DNA of 10,066 bases from Hyalangium minutum. GTDB lineage: Bacteria > Myxococcota > Myxococcia > Myxococcales > Myxococcaceae. Of the stretch, positions 8,189-10,066 are shown one piece after another; the first letter of the stretch is position 1; each line of letters opens with the position of its first letter. A program made the translations under genes and the position numbers. The stretch is taken from the NCBI RefSeq assembly GCF_000737315.1, contig NZ_JMCB01000036.1, forward strand, positions 1-10,066, in the 5' to 3' direction. Below the pieces are notes generated by a model. It was not told where the DNA came from. It worked only from the letters and a program-made list of their open reading frames with translations, and did not search any database.

Positions 8189-8256
8189 TGCCGGGGATTC
8201 CCCCGTGGACTCGAAGTGCCCGGATTCACTCGCGATTCCTCGAAAGGCGTGTGCTC

Positions 8257-8742
8257 CCCCAAGCAGGAGAGGAGGAGGCGAGAGAGGGGAAGGAGGCAGC
8301 GGGCAGAACGGAGCGGATGAAGCAGAGGAGGCCGCGAGAGGACTTTTGCCGAGTAGCTGAGGAGGACGTTGGACTTCGACGTGTTGGCCTGCGTGAGGTG
8401 TGGAGGCAGGCTTAAGGGTGTTGGCGGGCCGTGAAGGGAGCACGAGGGGTGCGCGCGATTGTGAAGCACCTGGGCCTGGCCACAGCAGGTGCGAGGCGAG
8501 CCCCGGCGCGAGGGCCACCCCAGGCAGCGTGGTGTTGAGGCGCTCAAGACAACCCACAGGCCCAGCTCAGGCTCTTGCCGCGCCCTGATGGGAGGGGGGC
8601 CTGGGCAGCAGTGTGCCCTATGGGGGTGCTCGGCCCCCTCCACGGGCCTGGCACACAGCTCGGGCGGCTTCCGTCCGCGGCCCTCCTCGGCCCCTGCGCC
8701 CCAGCCCTCACCTTCAACCGGCCTCCCATTTTTCTGATGCTC
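8257..8742 (+). mobile_element. 3' remnant of the IS91-like element, right copy
   Basis: Reads [18 protein letters not shown] / [17 protein letters not shown] / VKGARGVRAIVKHLGLATAGARRAPARGPPQAAWC* (stop 8536-8538) across three +1 frameshifts and a TAG at 8354-8356, then the same noncoding end as the left copy. It keeps ~48 bp more transposase-like sequence (8257-8304) than the left copy. Confidence 0.85.
8305..8742 (+). repeat. Direct repeat copy 2 (438 bp)
   Basis: About 99% identical to 1079..1515; offset 7226-7227 bp. Confidence 0.97.
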
Positions 8743-8810
8743 ACGTGGCCTTGTACGCCCAGCAGATGGAGGACGGGTCGGCCCAGTGGCGGAAGAAGCT
8801 CGGCCTCTGA
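8742..8810 (+). pseudogene. 3' tail of a gene truncated at the IS end (HVALYAQQMEDGSAQWRKKLGL*)
   Basis: Starts exactly at the repeat boundary. All 22 codons end in G or C. The TGA at 8808-8810 converges on the monooxygenase stop with a 27-bp gap. Confidence 0.6.
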
Positions 8811-8837
8811 GCACGCCTCACGGGGACGTTCCAGCGC

Positions 8838-10064
8838 CTACGGCACCATCCCCTCCAGGGCACTCTGCATGATCGCATCATGCCCGTAGTCAGGAAGGTG
8901 GATCCTGTCTGCGGGCGGCGATAGCAGCTTGCCCGCAAGCCTGCTCAAGCCGGGTTTTGTCGCGAGGCTGAGCGCGGCCTGCTGAAGCGCGATACCGGTG
9001 CGAGTCTGCGGCTGGGCAATGCGCGGGCCGAGCTTGGGCACGTCCTGCGCCTGATCCACGTAGGGCCGCATGATCCGCTCGTAGGCGGCGAAGGCTTCGG
9101 CATGATCCTCGTGTCGGCCAAGCTCGCCGGCGAGCACATAGGCACCGACAAGGGCCAAGCTGGTCCCCATGCCGCTAATGGGGGAGGCGCACCAGGCAGC
9201 ATCGCCGGTCAGGACGACGCGGCCGATGGACCACCGATCCATCTTCACCTGGCCAATCGCCTCGAAGTAGAAGTCCCTCGCATCGTCGAGGCCGGCGAGT
9301 ACGCGCGGTGTTTCCCAGCCCGCGTCGGCGAACTTCTCCTTCAGCATCGCCTTCTGCTCGTCGCGGGACAGATCCTCGTAGCCCACGGGCTTCTCTTGCA
9401 GCCCCAGAAGGGCGCGCGTGGTGCCGACATGGTCTGGGCGCAAGAAGACGCTGCGCCCTCCCGGCGCGTTGAACCAGCGGGCGACCTTCCCGTCGTTTGA
9501 GCCCTTCGGGATTGTGAAGTAGGCCGTATAGAGGTCGAGCGGTCGGCGTTTCACCGCGTCTCCGAACGCCAGCTTTCGCGTCGACGAGCCGATTCCCTCG
9601 GCGGCGATGACGAGGTCGAAGCGGCGGGTGCCGCCCTTGTCGAACGTGACTTCGACCCTGTCGCCCTTGTCGTCCAGCACGGTGATGCGATCGCCGAAGA
9701 TATATTCAGCGCGGTCGTGGCTGTGCTCAACGAGCAACCGCGCAAGCTCGCCGCGGAGGATCTCAAGCTCCGCGGTCGGTCCGTTGCCACCGAACTGCGC
9801 CGCGTCGAACTCGGCCTTGACCCTGTTCTCCTCGTCCACGAAAGCGATCGCCACCTCACCCGTTGACCGCTGCCGCACCTCATCCTCGAGCCCCATGCGC
9901 CGGATCACCTCCCGGCCCGCGCCACGGACGTCAATGTTCTGCCCACCGTCGCGGAACTCAGGTGCGCGTTCGACCACCGTGACGCTCATGCCAAAGCGGG
10001 TGAGCCACCAGGCCAGCGTGGGCCCCGCGATGCTCGCCCCAGTCACCAAGACATGCCGCTTCAT
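8838..10064 (-). CDS. FAD-dependent monooxygenase/oxidoreductase (UbiH / FAD_binding_3-like), 408 aa
   Basis: N-terminal VLVTGASIAG dinucleotide-binding motif, DLVIAAEGIGS (variant of the DG motif) and RVVLTGDAAWCASPISGMGTSLA (GD motif). The start is 2 nt from the window edge, so the upstream context is not visible. Confidence 0.92.
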   Translation of the reverse strand: MKRHVLVTGASIAGPTLAWWLTRFGMSVTVVERAPEFRDGGQNIDVRGAGREVIRRMGLEDEVRQRSTGEVAIAFVDEENRVKAEFDAAQFGGNGPTAELEILRGELARLLVEHSHDRAEYIFGDRITVLDDKGDRVEVTFDKGGTRRFDLVIAAEGIGSSTRKLAFGDAVKRRPLDLYTAYFTIPKGSNDGKVARWFNAPGGRSVFLRPDHVGTTRALLGLQEKPVGYEDLSRDEQKAMLKEKFADAGWETPRVLAGLDDARDFYFEAIGQVKMDRWSIGRVVLTGDAAWCASPISGMGTSLALVGAYVLAGELGRHEDHAEAFAAYERIMRPYVDQAQDVPKLGPRIAQPQTRTGIALQQAALSLATKPGLSRLAGKLLSPPADRIHLPDYGHDAIMQSALEGMVP

Positions 10065-10066
10065 CG

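Noticed and set aside
8200-8262. Possible tRNA fragment (TTCGAGT on the minus strand, GGGGGAGCA)
   Set aside because: The T-arm stem does not pair, the conserved G before TTC is absent, and no cloverleaf forms.
7850-8557. 235-aa minus-strand ORF (and its twin at 939..1331)
   Set aside because: A chance fusion of antisense repeat sequence with the transposase 5' fragment. Only 8071..7850 is transposase-derived.
8838-10064. Monooxygenase as part of the defence system or as a TetX-like resistance gene
   Set aside because: It lies outside the repeats and beyond the truncated gene tail, and shows only generic flavoprotein motifs. The substrate cannot be inferred.
1-10066. CRISPR array, rRNA or intact integrase/transposase
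   Set aside because: No regularly spaced repeat-spacer units, no RNA gene signatures and no intact recombinase ORF were seen.

Overview
High-GC window, probably from a myxobacterium (inferred from GC content and the IS91-type transposase remnants). Its core is an intact, tightly coupled minus-strand two-gene operon: a 1157-aa P-loop ATPase (4249..7722) followed by a ~902-aa adenosine-deaminase-fold protein (1539..4247). This matches the layout of the RADAR anti-phage system (rdrA-rdrB). The ATPase appears to carry a tandem duplication of a ~383-aa C-terminal module. The operon lies between two ~99% identical 437/438-bp direct repeats (1079..1515 and 8305..8742) that are the 3' end of a dead IS91/ISCR-family rolling-circle element. 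A third, inverted IS91 5' fragment points into the operon. To the right are the 3' tail of a truncated gene (8742..8810) and an ordinary FAD-dependent monooxygenase (8838..10064, minus strand). All calls come from reading motifs by eye; no database search was run.
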